Source: Phoronis australis
Lineage: Eukaryota; Animalia; Phoronida
Direction: 5' to 3'
Assembly (NCBI GenBank): GCA_002633005.1
Contig: NMRA01000841.1
Coordinates: 55,911-119,910, forward strand
Length of the DNA stretch: 64,000 bases
The translations under genes and the position numbers were made by a program. The notes below the pieces were generated by a model. The model made no database searches and was not told the origin of the DNA. It was given only the letters and a program-made list of their open reading frames with translations. Below are positions 1-35,700 of this stretch, in pieces. Within the stretch, counting starts at the first letter, position 1. Each line of letters begins with the position of its first letter.

Positions 1-1729
1 GATGTCAAATGCACATGCGTAAAAATGTCGCACAGAGTTGGCTTTCTTGTGGGCCGATCTACATTACAGTTTCGAAATCGTGGTAACGCTTATTACAGTA
101 ACGGACATTACAACCAGTGATATTTCTTTGCACAGTACAAACCCCAATCACTATAAAACGTTATAAATGCTTCTCTTAGCACTTGTAGAGTACCTTGTAC
201 ACCTGAGAAGATTTATTTAGCTGTGGTGCCATTATTTTCTTTGAACGAGTCGTATCCTTAACCATACGCTTTTCAAAATTCCCAGTTAAAATGATTTTAA
301 AATATAATGACTTAAAAATATATTACTGTGCCTTCTATGTTGCATTTCTTTGGCCTCTTAGCTGTCACGGAAACAATTTTTTAATATTGATTTATGCTCA
401 CGTTTTGATATCAGACCCCACAGTTTGAGGCCCGTTTGCAAGCCACTTTATATTTTTCAATGTAGGCGACAGCGATACTTTTAATAGTTACACATTGTTT
501 TAACCGAAGAAATTCGCAGATCTCGGAAATAAATATTAATTCAATACAATGTCTAACAAACAATATAAAAATATGAACAGCAGTCCATTTTTGGCTTCAA
601 TTCAGCTTGTTTTCTTAAAATGGTGTTATCGGCGACAGTAACGAACGTTACAATTTTCAATTTCAAAAGGCCAAAAAATAATTGAAGTCCGTGCGCTTGA
701 CTGATATTTGCGTTTCTTTGGTTCACGCGAGGAACCTCGTTCTATAAATGGCGAAAAAGACTGGACTCGTGCATCATTTTAATTAAAAAAATCGGCGGCG
801 ACAGCATGTGGCACGTTTTATTGAGAATGGGTGATAAGCTTTGGCTGAAATTCTCACGGAGTGCTTCTAGGGCCTGGGACTGTGGTTTTGCCGGCTCAGT
901 CGAAAAGACAATCACTGAAGTGCATTAAGTTAAGAAAATGCCATTTTACAAAAACGTGTTAACCTTTTTCGTCGTTATAATTGTATGGTACCTATTTTTC
1001 AGTTGTTTATAAACCGACAAGACGATCAGCTGTCAAGGGGGGGGGCGCTCCTCCGGCGCGCCATTACATCACTGTTTTCCCGAAGTTTTTAGTAAGGGTC
1101 TAGTCCTTGACATGACGCCACTTGATTTATTCTAACAAAAAGATTTGAGGTATGCGTTCGTGTGAAACACTTGAGCACTAAGTAAAAAAAATTAATAGAA
1201 ACCCATGAAAATCGATGAGCATACAAACAGCAGTATGCGTCAGTGCATGTCAGTCGTGTCATTTTATGCAACAATTGACCAATGGAACTGCACATGTTTG
1301 TGTACATGTGCATATTCGGAATTGAAGGCTTAGGGGCCAGTTTGAATAAGTTGGGAGCAAAATTTTGCGAAACGATACAGTTATAGAAGCTGATATGTTA
1401 GCATTATGTGTTTCAATGAAAAAAGAAGAATGAACAAATGACACCAAAAACACGTACCTGTTCTGGTTGGTAAGACACGCACCGGGTATATACATCGGTT
1501 AGCCGCGTAGGCGTGTGCTTGTGAACACCACTGCTTGGGCGACCGAAGCCGAAGGTCAAAGTATGCATTTGCACAGGCCCAATTTCCCGAAAGGTGATTG
1601 GAATTGCCTACTTCAGGTTACACCAAGGAATAATAATTACATCAATATGCAAACGTTTTTTCAAAAAATAAAGCGTATGTAAGGGGTGCTGGGTTGTCTC
1701 AAGGAAAATTGAAAATTACTTCAGTGATA

Positions 1730-1896
1730 NNNNNNNNNNNNNNNNNNNNNNNNNNNNNNNNNNNNNNNNNNNNNNNNNNNNNNNNNNNNNNNNNNNNNNN
1801 NNNNNNNNNNNNNNNNNNNNNNNNNNNNNNNNNNNNNNNNNNNNNNNNNNNNNNNNNNNNNNNNNNNNNNNNNNNNNNNNNNNNNNNNNNNNNNNN
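1730..1896. other. Assembly gap (N run)
   Basis: Continuous run of n from 1730 to 1896. Confidence 0.99.
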
Positions 1897-2588
1897 CCTA
1901 GTGCCCCCCCCCCCCTTTTATTTTAGTCCTCGTTGATTTCTTTCAGTAAAAGGTCCGCATATCGAAAGATTCGAGCCCCCCTATATTTAGGCTGGGTGCG
2001 CGCATGCTAGTACCTAATTCATCTTAGCATGGTGAACTCAGTGGTGATTTGTAGAGTTTGAAACGGCATAGTCTCACAGTTCAAACAGTTGTGTCATAGA
2101 CTCTGCTGTATATAAGCGGAGCTAGAGTTTTAAAAAGGCGTTCGCATTATTAATTTTCACCAATATTATTTTTTTACACCAATCAATGTACCCCTTTTAT
2201 TCGATCATGATCAGATATTTTTTTCTGCCAATAAGAAGCTCACTTCCATCTGATTGGCCATCCAGAACGAGGACAACAAAAATGTTCACAGAGAAACAAC
2301 ACATAGAGATACTGTAACCATTTCAAACAATAAAGTTTTGATTTTTTCAAAATATGTTTATTTCAAAATATCACCATCACGCAGTAAAATCACACGTAAC
2401 AGTAAAAGGGAAATGTCTAGCTGGTACAAAGCTACTGTACCGAACTGTTACATGCACTTCGCCATTTCAACAAAAGTCAGATTTCAACAACTCTAATTTA
2501 ATCCCTCAATTCAGTTGGATCAGACATTTACTGGCACACAATTATGTTGCATTTATGTTGACAAAACTCAATGGTCGTAAACTCTTTC

Positions 2589-2850
2589 CAGGGTCGGATC
2601 CAGGATTTTGAGTTGGGGGGCAGGGCACAGTAATAACCAGAATTTCGCCACATGCGACCTTATTACTAAAAAAAACGGTAAACGAGGTTTGTTCAAGGCC
2701 TATGCATTTGCATTCCGCCCCCCAATCCCCCCTGGTGCGCGCATATGCTAGTCAGCAATTCGCACCCCGAACTGCCAAATGGTATCTGGGAGAATTTTAG
2801 GGGGGCCATGGCCCCCTTGGCCCCACCCACCCTCGCTAAATCCGCCACTG
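2589..2850. mobile_element. Small hAT-like MITE with 5-bp direct flanks
   Basis: Starts CAGGGTCGGATCC and ends AAATCCGCCACTG (imperfect TIR, CAG..CTG termini). Flanked by CTTTC at 2584-2588 and 2851-2855. Confidence 0.5.
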
Positions 2851-3071
2851 CTTTCTGCCCTGTGCTACATGCCCAGGCATTAATACATTGTAAGTATCAA
2901 AAGACCATAAACAGGACAGAATATAAAAATGATGGTTTTCCTCAAGTAAGACAGTTGCGGATTTTAATAGCTTGCCAGGCTACATAACATTTGTCCCATC
3001 TCTTGAAATCTTTAGAAACAAAACCCATCTACCGTCCAAATAGAACATTGTGAGGTACAACAAGGCATTAA

Positions 3072-3818
3072 AGGCGAAGGCAACCTTTTTTCATGTCACT
3101 TTTAGCAAAAATAAGGTTTGTTGATTATCCCAGACATATTTTTCACTTAATTACAGCTTTTCGTAATTTAATTAATTTCTCGTCCTCTACTCCGGAAGTG
3201 ACGTTTTGGGAGGCAAGAATTTCGCGCTAATTTCTTTTCATACAGTCAGACTGTGAGAGCTGTCAAGTCAGTCATTTTTTCAACCTCGGATGTGATAAGT
3301 TCGGTCGTCGTTTGCTTTTGTTTACGAGTCAGTCAACATGCCACGCTGTTGCTGCGTACCAGGATGTACTCATTATCGTCTCACACGCGCTTTGGGTACC
3401 TTGCATCGCTTTCCAAAGGATGACACACTTCGCCGTACTTGGCTAGCTCGTTCGTGTGAGGAACGTAGCGCTACCCGCTCACCCAACGTACAAAGCAGTG
3501 CCAAGCATTTTCAGCCGTCAGATTGCGACAGAGATATGTTCGCTGAATTGATGAAGGTCCCTGCGAAAGAACGCCTGAAGAAGGGTTCCATACCGTCCTT
3601 GCTGATTCCCGGCAGTGCCCCGTCGCCACCCCTGAGAAGTGCGTTTTGAAGCGAGAAGCCTCGCGATCTGTGGCCACTGTAAACAGTGATTGGAGGCACT
3701 TAGTCATCTACTGTCATCCATGCCTCCGAACGTACCCCCATAGCGTGCAATTCCAGGAACTAGCAGTGATTCCCCGTATGCTGTTGTCTCTAGCCCAGAG
3801 CCTGTAAGCAGCCTTGCG
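3072..3818 (+). mobile_element. Truncated left end of Kolobok-type element with degenerate THAP ORF (3338-3649)
   Basis: TTAA at 3068-3071, then AGGCGAAGGCAACC. Collinear with 49712-50475. ORF MPRCCCVPGC...LHRFPKD...W...KHF has the THAP signature with an internal deletion and early stop. No right TIR seen. Confidence 0.85.
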
Positions 3819-4779
3819 CTTTGCCAAATGTCTTCGAAACTATTGATTTTAACACAAGAACAAAGACCTTTTTGATTTTTGGCCTTTTACCAATCTATCA
3901 CTAGCTGGGTCAGGTGACCATGTATTCAATTTTAGTAAAATTTAAAAAGGGAAGGTACACTAATGAGTATAGAGTGGTGTTTCGAGATACTGAAGAACCC
4001 TGTTTCGATGAGCCCGAATCCTCGCTAGGCGGCTATCTCGGCACCTGTAAATGTACTTTGGCGCCAATCCTAAAAAATAAAAGCAGGAATCTACTAAAAC
4101 CTAATCTGCTATATTTGTATGTCACAGAACGGATATTATGGTTCTTGGTGAGTGGTCTTTCTCCACAGTTGCCTTGCCAACTCAACGCTCAATACCTGAG
4201 AGAGTTTATTTTAAGCCTTGTTAATTCAGTTTTGCGCGTACGCAGACTCCCCGCTGAAAACGAGTTCTCAAAACTTTTCTCCAAACTTTTGACGGTTGTC
4301 AAGGGTTATAGAGCATTATTTTATTTCAAAGAATTAGATGGGAATGTTGCTTTCAATATCTTTTCACAGGACGGAACCGGGTTTGGTATCCTTTTCACTT
4401 AACTGAACGCGCCTAATAGTCGTAGTCACCATGATTTTTGAGTTCTCAAACACGCGCTGTTACATTTTTCGAAAATAACATTTCGTTTTCGTTTTATGCA
4501 ACTTTTGTAGCAAAAATGAAATATTTTAAGCTTACAAGCATTTGGAGAACATCGCATAAAGCATCCGTCGGTCGGACCAGACTTCAATGTCGGGTGTCGG
4601 GCCACCTGAAGCGGGCCTCAGTAGTGGCAACTCTTCTAGCCAAAGTGAATGATCTAATTGATTCGTGTGGTGAGAAAACAAACTAATGGCTGGAGACAAC
4701 TACAACACGTCTATCTTTTTAAAACGCCACAGTTTTGCTGCTCGAGTGAACCAAGTGTAAGTTTGCATTCGACGGCCCC

Positions 4780-4900
4780 TTCACCGGCCGGCGCGCCGGT
4801 TTTCGAACACTGTTCTGGACTACGATATTGTCCGTTCGAGGGCGCAAACTTCGAAGTTTCCGATAACCAATGACCAATCATATTTGCTTTTACAACCAAC
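4780..4900 (+). promoter_or_regulatory. Putative TRIM37 promoter (CpG-rich, two CCAAT boxes)
   Basis: CCAAT at 4867-4871 and 4874-4878. CpG-rich stretch (ccggccggcgcgccgg) about 200 bp upstream of the inferred ATG at 5004. Confidence 0.4.
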
Positions 4901-5003
4901 ACTCGGTATTGCCGATTAAATAATGATAATAGGCTGTTAATTTCCAGGATCTCTTCGCTCAAACATACCGTAATTAAAAACCTTAAAAGAACGACATCCT
5001 GCA

Positions 5004-28002
<22,999 letters not shown>

Positions 28003-28008
<6 letters not shown>

Positions 28009-28150
28009 CTCCCATGGATAAGTGACAATACATATGGAGCTGTGAAAGATCATTATAACTCCCATGGATTAGTGGAAATACATCTGGGCTTTGAAAGATC
28101 ATTATAACTCCCATGGATATGTGGCAATACATCTGGAGCTTTTAAAGATC
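28003..28150. repeat. About 50-bp tandem repeat x3 starting at the inferred TRIM37 stop codon
   Basis: Unit TTATAACTCCCATGGAT..GTG.CAATACAT.TGGAGCT.T.AAAGATCA. Confidence 0.9.
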
Positions 28151-29084
28151 AATGAGTTATGGTGCTTTTTATTTTTGTATTATTTAGTTTTTGTTAAAAC
28201 ATGTGACCATTTTGTGCTATTTGTTTAAAAGTGCATTTATTATTTATTATGTAATTTATGCGTAGCATTTCACTTAGTTGCATCCATTCCGCATATCATG
28301 AAGACCAAAGAAATTAACTTTTTTTTCAAAGTAGTGATACTCTTTGTTACAAAATTATTTTTTAAACATGAAACTGATGAACCTGTAGTCTACTCTCAGT
28401 ATACAGTTGGGAGCCTGTTTTATGGAAGGTTGTGTGCTTTGTAGTAGCTAAGGTGGTTCTAGATGCTACGTGATTCGGAATGCAATTCTCTTCCTATAAC
28501 GGCAGAACGTTGCAACAAACGCAGTAGAACTGTGTGCTTGCAAAACATTAAGACATGTCATTCTATTAGCTTTGACTATGTATGGCACTTAACGAGTCTT
28601 TACTCTCACTGGCTGGTGCATGAACTACATGAAATTGCGGTATATGTTGGTATGTTATATATAGTCATTAAATAACTTGTCTACCCAGAAATCACCATTC
28701 ATCATTATACATGGAGGTATACCTTTGATTTCAGCGCACCAGTTACTGACAGTGCTGATGATTGTTTACACATTCTGTTAGGAATGTCCTAGAATGTTAG
28801 CAACTCTTAAAGGCATTTTGTTGATTTTGCACCACGTTCAACCACCATTGATGATTGCTGTGTGCTTTTTCCAGTGTGTAATGTTCACTTTAGTAGTTGT
28901 TGACCTGCTAGTCAGAATAAAACAACTAGTGACCAGTTGAGTGTGCACTCAGTAACACTGGTTTTGTGCAAGTTTGGCTTGATTGCACACACTTCCACAA
29001 GACATCGTATTGTAACATGTAGAGGACCTGATCTCACTAGTTTTCTCTTGCGAGGGTTCAGCATTTCTGAACATGTCCTAGTCC

Positions 29085-29566
29085 TTAAGGTTATGTTGGA
29101 CTTTAGAAAAATGTCCAAATTTGACTAAATTCGCATATCTCAGAAATGGCTGATCAGAAATTTTTGGTACTATGTTTCATGCACTATGCTCTCCAAAACT
29201 GGAAGGAATTTTGTTCATAAAATGATCACTTTTGCAAGAGGGGCTATCAAATGTAGGACATATATGATTTTTTGTTGCATGAAACAACAACAAATGATTT
29301 TTTAAGAAGATTGTATCAGTTTTTTGATATATCATCATGAATGTTCAACAAAGTTAGGTCATTTTATTGATGCTGTTGTTTTGCCTTGATTGTACTTTTT
29401 GCTTAATTTTACTAGAAACATAGTCACGTGACAAGCAGGTTGGTTTAGTCAAAAGTAAATTTCTACAGGCTTTCTACTTTCTGAATCCCTTTACAGGGTT
29501 AAATTGTAGTTTTGTAGATATTTGACCGAATGCCCAGCTTTGATGATAAGGTCCTACATGACCTAA
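29085..29566 (+). mobile_element. TTAAGGTTA-type MITE family (Kolobok-like); related copies near 26320-26810, 41890-41950 (-) and possibly 9365-9905
   Basis: Starts TTAAGGTTATGTTGGACTTTAGAAAAATGTCCAAATTT and ends GTCCTACATGACCTAA. Internal blocks (TTTCTACTTTC, TAGTTTTGTAGA.ATTTGAC) are shared with the 26.3-26.8 kb copy. Confidence 0.6.
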
Positions 29567-32500
29567 AGAAAGTTTAAGACCATAGAACACAGTCCATTTA
29601 CATCAAAATGAATGTTTTCAACTATTTGTGTATTGCCAAGTTTAGTGATGACTGGGCAACTCTGTCCATTAAGTTTTACTTTTGTGGCAAGTTGTAAAAC
29701 AGCTGAGTGATTCTACTTAAAGTGCACCACCACAAGCAGGATAAGAGAGTATTGAAGGTACAAGAAATACACAATTCAAATCTAAGTCAAGTCAAGTTTT
29801 CCATATCAATGTCGAATTATTGAGTTAGGAGGGCAGGTCACAGCTGTTTAATCCATGGTCAATATTTCGTGTTTCATGTGATAATTTATTCAGGCAGTCT
29901 GTTCATTGGACAGGTGTTGCATTCTTAAGACTGTCCAGATTTATGTCTTGCATTACGGGGACATGTCATTAGAATTCCACGTGGTTTGTGGACCCAAGTG
30001 TATGTAAATTGAAAAACATGCCAATCTCTTTGAGAGAGCAGGTAGTTGCTCTTAGTAAACAGGTTTGTGATATTTTTGCAATAGAAAGAACATCGTTGCT
30101 GTTGTATAAATTGGAGTATTGCCTATAAAACCTGACTGTATACTTAATAAGTGTTGTTGTTCCTAAATTATTTAATAAACATTGATAAAAAGCTGAACTC
30201 CTTTGAACATCAATTTGGAAATTGCTACAGACAATCAATCGTTCGTTAACGAGAAGTGGTTGATTGAAAGTATGAGATCGAAATGCACGGTTGTAACAAG
30301 AGAAATCAATCCTTGAAGTTGACTGGTGTCTGCCAGAAACTTGGTTGGAAGCATTAGTCAGGCTTCACAGCTCCATGTCCTTGTGTCCTGCAATGTTTGA
30401 CGAGTGTAATGACATCCAACGTTTGTCCGATTGTTATTGTCCATGCCCTACTGACCTAATTTTGATAATTTTTATTGCTACCAATAAAGATGATGGCCTA
30501 GTCCTGGGTTTATAAAGAACAGATGGACGGGCATTCAGACCCTGCTTGGCACATAAAATGACAAGCTTGTTTGTAAGACCTGGTCACCAGCAGCAACAAG
30601 GATAAGATACAAAGTTATTTGCAGATTGGTTAAATAAATGTTTTGTGGTTTATTCCACACTACCTCACTCCCCTCTCTTCTAGGAGCCTGGAGATACAAA
30701 AAATTGGCAGATCTAGAGTGTTGCATGTAGTGGGCAGCTGGCAATATGAAAAGTCTGGTCATACACTGCCATCTTTGAAAACCGTTGTTTTAGAGATAGA
30801 ATTCTTTGTTTTGATACTTAAATACCACATAAAACGAACATAGTTCAAGGAATCTTCAGCCACAAGATTTACCACCAACTCGATTTATTGTAGTTTGATT
30901 AGGGCTGCGTGTGTGTTTATGAAATAAAATTTTTACTGTATCTTGACATAAAATGATAAAAATTTGAAAAATGTGTATCACATAGAGAATAAATCACTTG
31001 CTGCTTGGTCCGATAATCTACATAAAAAGGTAATGCATTTTAAATGAGGACATTATGGGGTTATTGTTTGTAACTAACATCATTGCGCCATTGTTGCAAG
31101 AGTTTAACATTTGTACTCGGTCAAGCACATAAAGTAACGACATGAAAACTCTTAACACTATAGTTGGTTTGAGCTAATCAAGCGAGTTTACAGCTTAGAA
31201 AACACATTTAAGTACTTAGAATTTGAAAATATTCCTTGACACTCAAATGCTTCCTGCCAAACTGCAATTGAGAATGGCACGATTTGTAAATTTGTAAACT
31301 GCGTGGTTAAAGGGTAATGTTTATACCCATTTTGGTATACTAAGTACTTTAAACTTGAAGACTTAATAAAAATATCGAAGCTACAAAACTACTGCGTGAT
31401 AAACTGATGCAAGTGACTCAAAAGGTGTTCGTCATTGTACAGTCAAATATGGCATACTATCGGTTTAATCATTTTAAAGTTTAATTTAAAATGCATTTTG
31501 CCCTGTTGTAAATTGGCTATAAACGAAAACCCTTTTACTCTCATTATTAAAGGGATCTAATAATAGTCCTTGAAACTATATGACTATTTCTGTTACCACC
31601 AAGAATACTGAAACAGTCAGCCACTCGAGAAAATGTTTTAGAGTTGATTGTTATTGGCTGACCCTAAAATTGCCAAATCAAAAATGTCACACGAACGGCT
31701 TGCCAATGACTTGAGTTGCTGCTTAATTCAGCAACAACCTGAGATTAGATATTAAAAGCTAAGTAATGTTTTTAAATCCTAAAGAGCTTGCACCAAGAAT
31801 TCAACATTGACAGCTAAACAGTGGTGATATTCAGCTTTAAAGTGATCACCAGAAATTTCTTTTGCATCACGGTACTTGTACTTACTTTTCCAAAAATATG
31901 GAAGACAAATGGTTGGAAATGTGATGAAATAAGGGCTTTAAATTGCATATCTACTATTCTGATGAACCGACAAAAGATGGCATTAAAATAATATTATTTG
32001 TGATAGCCAGGAATTGAGTGCAACAGTATTGCTGTATGTAAACGTAAACCACAAACACTATATCCAGGAATACATTATAGTCTTCTTATTCCTACTCATG
32101 TTGCTAATTTAACATGTATTAATAAAAGTCTTTTATCAAGTTAAACCTGTCATTAACTATAACTATAGAACAATTACTCACTTCTGTGAGGTTATATAGT
32201 ATTAAGACATTAACTAAAATATGTTGGTAAACATAACAATTACAGACAGAGCTTTAACTTAACCTAATGTTTACCATTACATAGATGGACGTTTTAAAAA
32301 AATAAGTCAAATACAAAGATGACAATACAACTTACAGCCACACCTCTCGCTCCCTGATAATTAATTTAACATATACTTTTACATAAAGAGGCATAGCTTA
32401 TTTTGAGTTATGATCCAAATTTGGCCAGAAGAAAGTTAACTCAACACTTCATATATTATACATGCATAAAGACTTAAGCACCATAAAAACAAAGAATAGT

Positions 32501-32792
32501 TAAGTACCTAAGTGTCAACACTAAAGTGACTCTAAGTACTGATTAGTTCCCCCAAAATATCTCCTCTAATGAAGACTTGACCAGTGCTCAAGGTTATTTG
32601 GCTAAAATCTGTACAAGCTAATGTGTAAATACTACTGATCCATCATGACTTTGAATTTTGGGATAAATAACCAGCTAGCATATTTCGTACTACAGTATCA
32701 TGGTGTACACATAACAGGAAGTAACGACAGATGATAAAAGCTAGGTAATGTTTTGACCTGGTCCCCCTCACTTTCAGGAATATTCCCATTAA

Positions 32793-35700
32793 TTAAAGAG
32801 ATCCCTTTTCTTTCAAATTCCTTGACAGTTCATTAACAGGTCTTGAATTGTTATTAAAACTCACTGGTGATGAGTTCTTCTTTGTTAAAGAACTCTTTTT
32901 TGGCTTTAACGTAACAGGAAAACTATTTGTTCGTCCAACATTGCTGGAACCAAGTTCACTTCCAAAAGTTTGCTGTTTTGGTGCCAATGGTTTCATTGCT
33001 GAAGGTGTAGGTTTCTTTTTATCCCTGCCACTAGAGCTAGTTTTCCTCACTGAATCCTTTTTCTCAGGCAAATCCTGCCCTGCAACATCGACGAAAGTCT
33101 GAGCAAGAGAGGCTGCAACGTTTGAGCTTTCATCACCCTGTGGCACGACCTCATTAATTTCAATGGCCGGAACAGCATTTTGTTCTTCCGCCTTTGACAA
33201 CTCAGCTGATTTTTCCACCTTTTCATCTGCATTTGCCACTTTCCTATTTTTCCGCATTTTCCTTTTGTCTGATAGCTTCTTAAGCTGGTCCTGCTTACTC
33301 TTGCTTTGCTTCATCACCACACTTTCTGCTGGTTCCACACCACTACTACTGTTCTGCTTAATCTCAAGACCATTGCAATCACCACCAGATGTAGGGCCCA
33401 TAATTTCAGTACTTATCGCACCGTAACTGACACAATTTTCCTGATTATCCTCGTTAATATTTGACTCCATCTCCTTTTCACTAGGCTCTTCACTGTTAGT
33501 CAATTCCTTATCAACATTTTCGTGATCGACTGCAACCGTTCGCTTAAAGTCAAACAAGCACGGTGGACTAATGTTTTCTCGAAGGAAAACCACAATAACA
33601 CTGATGTTATCGTTTGAGCCATTGTTTTTTGCTGTACGTACGAGTTTCTCTGCGACAGTGTCCATGGACTCGGACTGAACATGGTGGTAGACAATGGATA
33701 CCACATCAGAAGGACTGACCGTATCCCACAATCCATCACAGGCCAGCACGAGGTAGTCTTCTGTGCCAGTCAGCTCAAAGGAAGCTACATCAGGTTCTCC
33801 GCTGATGTAAGGTTTGTGTTCGGCATCACCTACAAACAAGAAAATACATTAACATAAGAATCTGGACTAACAAGAGTTCACCGCATCAATATTCAAACTT
33901 GCACACTGTTCACATCGTTCTCCAACTTTTTATGTAGTTTGTGAAAGCAAAAGTAGTGGACAGTTCAAACAGCATGAATTACTCTAACACACAAAAAAAA
34001 CAACAGCAAAGCCTCTTACTTACTTAAGTGACGTCCACGCAGACTTAGCCCAAAACAAGTTACTCCTGGAACGAAGTGTCGCTAGGTTTGGGCCGGTTTG
34101 AATGCTAGTTAAACTAGTGCAACTTGCCCCACTTGTGACAATTTACTCCACTTTATTGAAGTAGGGTAATTTGTTCTAGGGTAACTTGTGCCACTTCACT
34201 TGAAATGGGACAGGTTGCACTAGTGCAAGTCGTTCTAGGGTCAGTCAGTGTGTTACGGGACTTTAGTGGCTGCCAAAACTTACCAATTGCTCTGGACACT
34301 GAGAGACTCCCATTGACTCTCCAAGCTCCAAAGAACACAACACAGCCACCAAGGGATTCAATTCTTTTCTTCTCATCCTACAACCATGTAAAGAAGAGCC
34401 AAGTAGCAATAGTAAATGTAGCATAAACAGTTGTACCAAAAGAAGAACATTTGACAAAAAATCTTCGCAGCAAAATTACCAGATTCCTGAAGAAAACTAC
34501 ACTGCTCGACAGAAAGTAAAAACAAATAGACAATTACAGGGTAATGAGTTAAATATGAAATAGCAAGCACCTATGGTGATTCTATCATACGTTTTCATTT
34601 CAAAAACATTTGAAATGTCAGCACTAACTGAGTGAGTTGTATTGTTAAAGCCACAAAACATTGGACATAGAAGTGTCACCACCTGGTGTTTAGAAAGGGA
34701 ACCAGCCTGTTCCTTAACCCCCTTACACACATGGTACATAATTGTGTAAATCAACATTGCCCAACTAAGAAATAACACACTGTCACACTTCTTTTATAAT
34801 TGAAAACAGTGTTGATTACACCAGAAACTGATGAAAATGGATGCCTTGTTTCTTTATGTAAATGCACTCAAGAAGCACTCCGCATCATTTCAGAAAGTGA
34901 ATTTGACTTTCTGTGTCCTGCATTAAACAACTACTTAAAAACACTCAGTGTAGCAGGGGTTAATCACATAAAAAGACTTTCTAATGTGAACTGCAAAACA
35001 AAATTTTTCCTTTGGTTGACCAAACCTGTTTCACAGGCACTGGACAAAGTCTGAAAAAGAAAATCAGTCTGAAACTGACACTGAACACTGATAAAAGCTC
35101 AAGAAAAATAACAAAGCTGTAAAGTGTAAAATACCAACAGCCGCCCAAATGGATGATTTCAGACTTAAGTCTATAGTCAAAAGAAATATTACAAAAATGC
35201 TGTCCAGTAGGCTAAGATGGCTACCTCTCGTTCTGGCTTGTGAGGATCCATCAAGGTTACCACTTGTCCGTCGCGTACAAGGACAGCCTGCGAGTCACCT
35301 AGCCAGGCCACGTGAAGACTTTCATCCGACAGCACCACAGAGACACCTGTGGAACCACTCTTGAGTTGCTGCAAAAATGAAGACAAGAAAATAAAAACAA
35401 AAGTGAAATGTTAACGATGAAACGACAAATTGAAAACCTCAGAGTACAGTATGTACCATTTTTGTCCATTTGAACACACTTAACCTACTAAGTACACACT
35501 GGAGTTTTTGCTCATAACCTAGTCACTTAGATTTTCTAGATGAGCAGCACAGTGTGGCAAAAGTTTGTATGACATGGTGGCCACATCGTGTGACCTAATG
35601 AACGCAAATCTGAAAAGATTTCTGCCACATTGGTGGCGTTCTGACCAGACTTTAAAATGTTAGTGATATACACTTCCATGGCCGTTTAAGAATTACGTAT

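Noticed and set aside
1-830. Possible right end of a DNA transposon with recurring GGCGACAG motifs
   Set aside because: Left end lies outside the window, so TIR and TSD cannot be verified.
3914-4402. 162-aa plus-strand ORF upstream of TRIM37
   Set aside because: GTG start, no recognisable domain, adjoins transposon remnants. No support as a gene.
32848-33426. Plus-strand ORFs overlapping the PPM1E last exon, and most other 60-120 aa ORFs in the track
   Set aside because: Antisense shadows of real exons or chance ORFs in repeats and introns, many with non-ATG starts.
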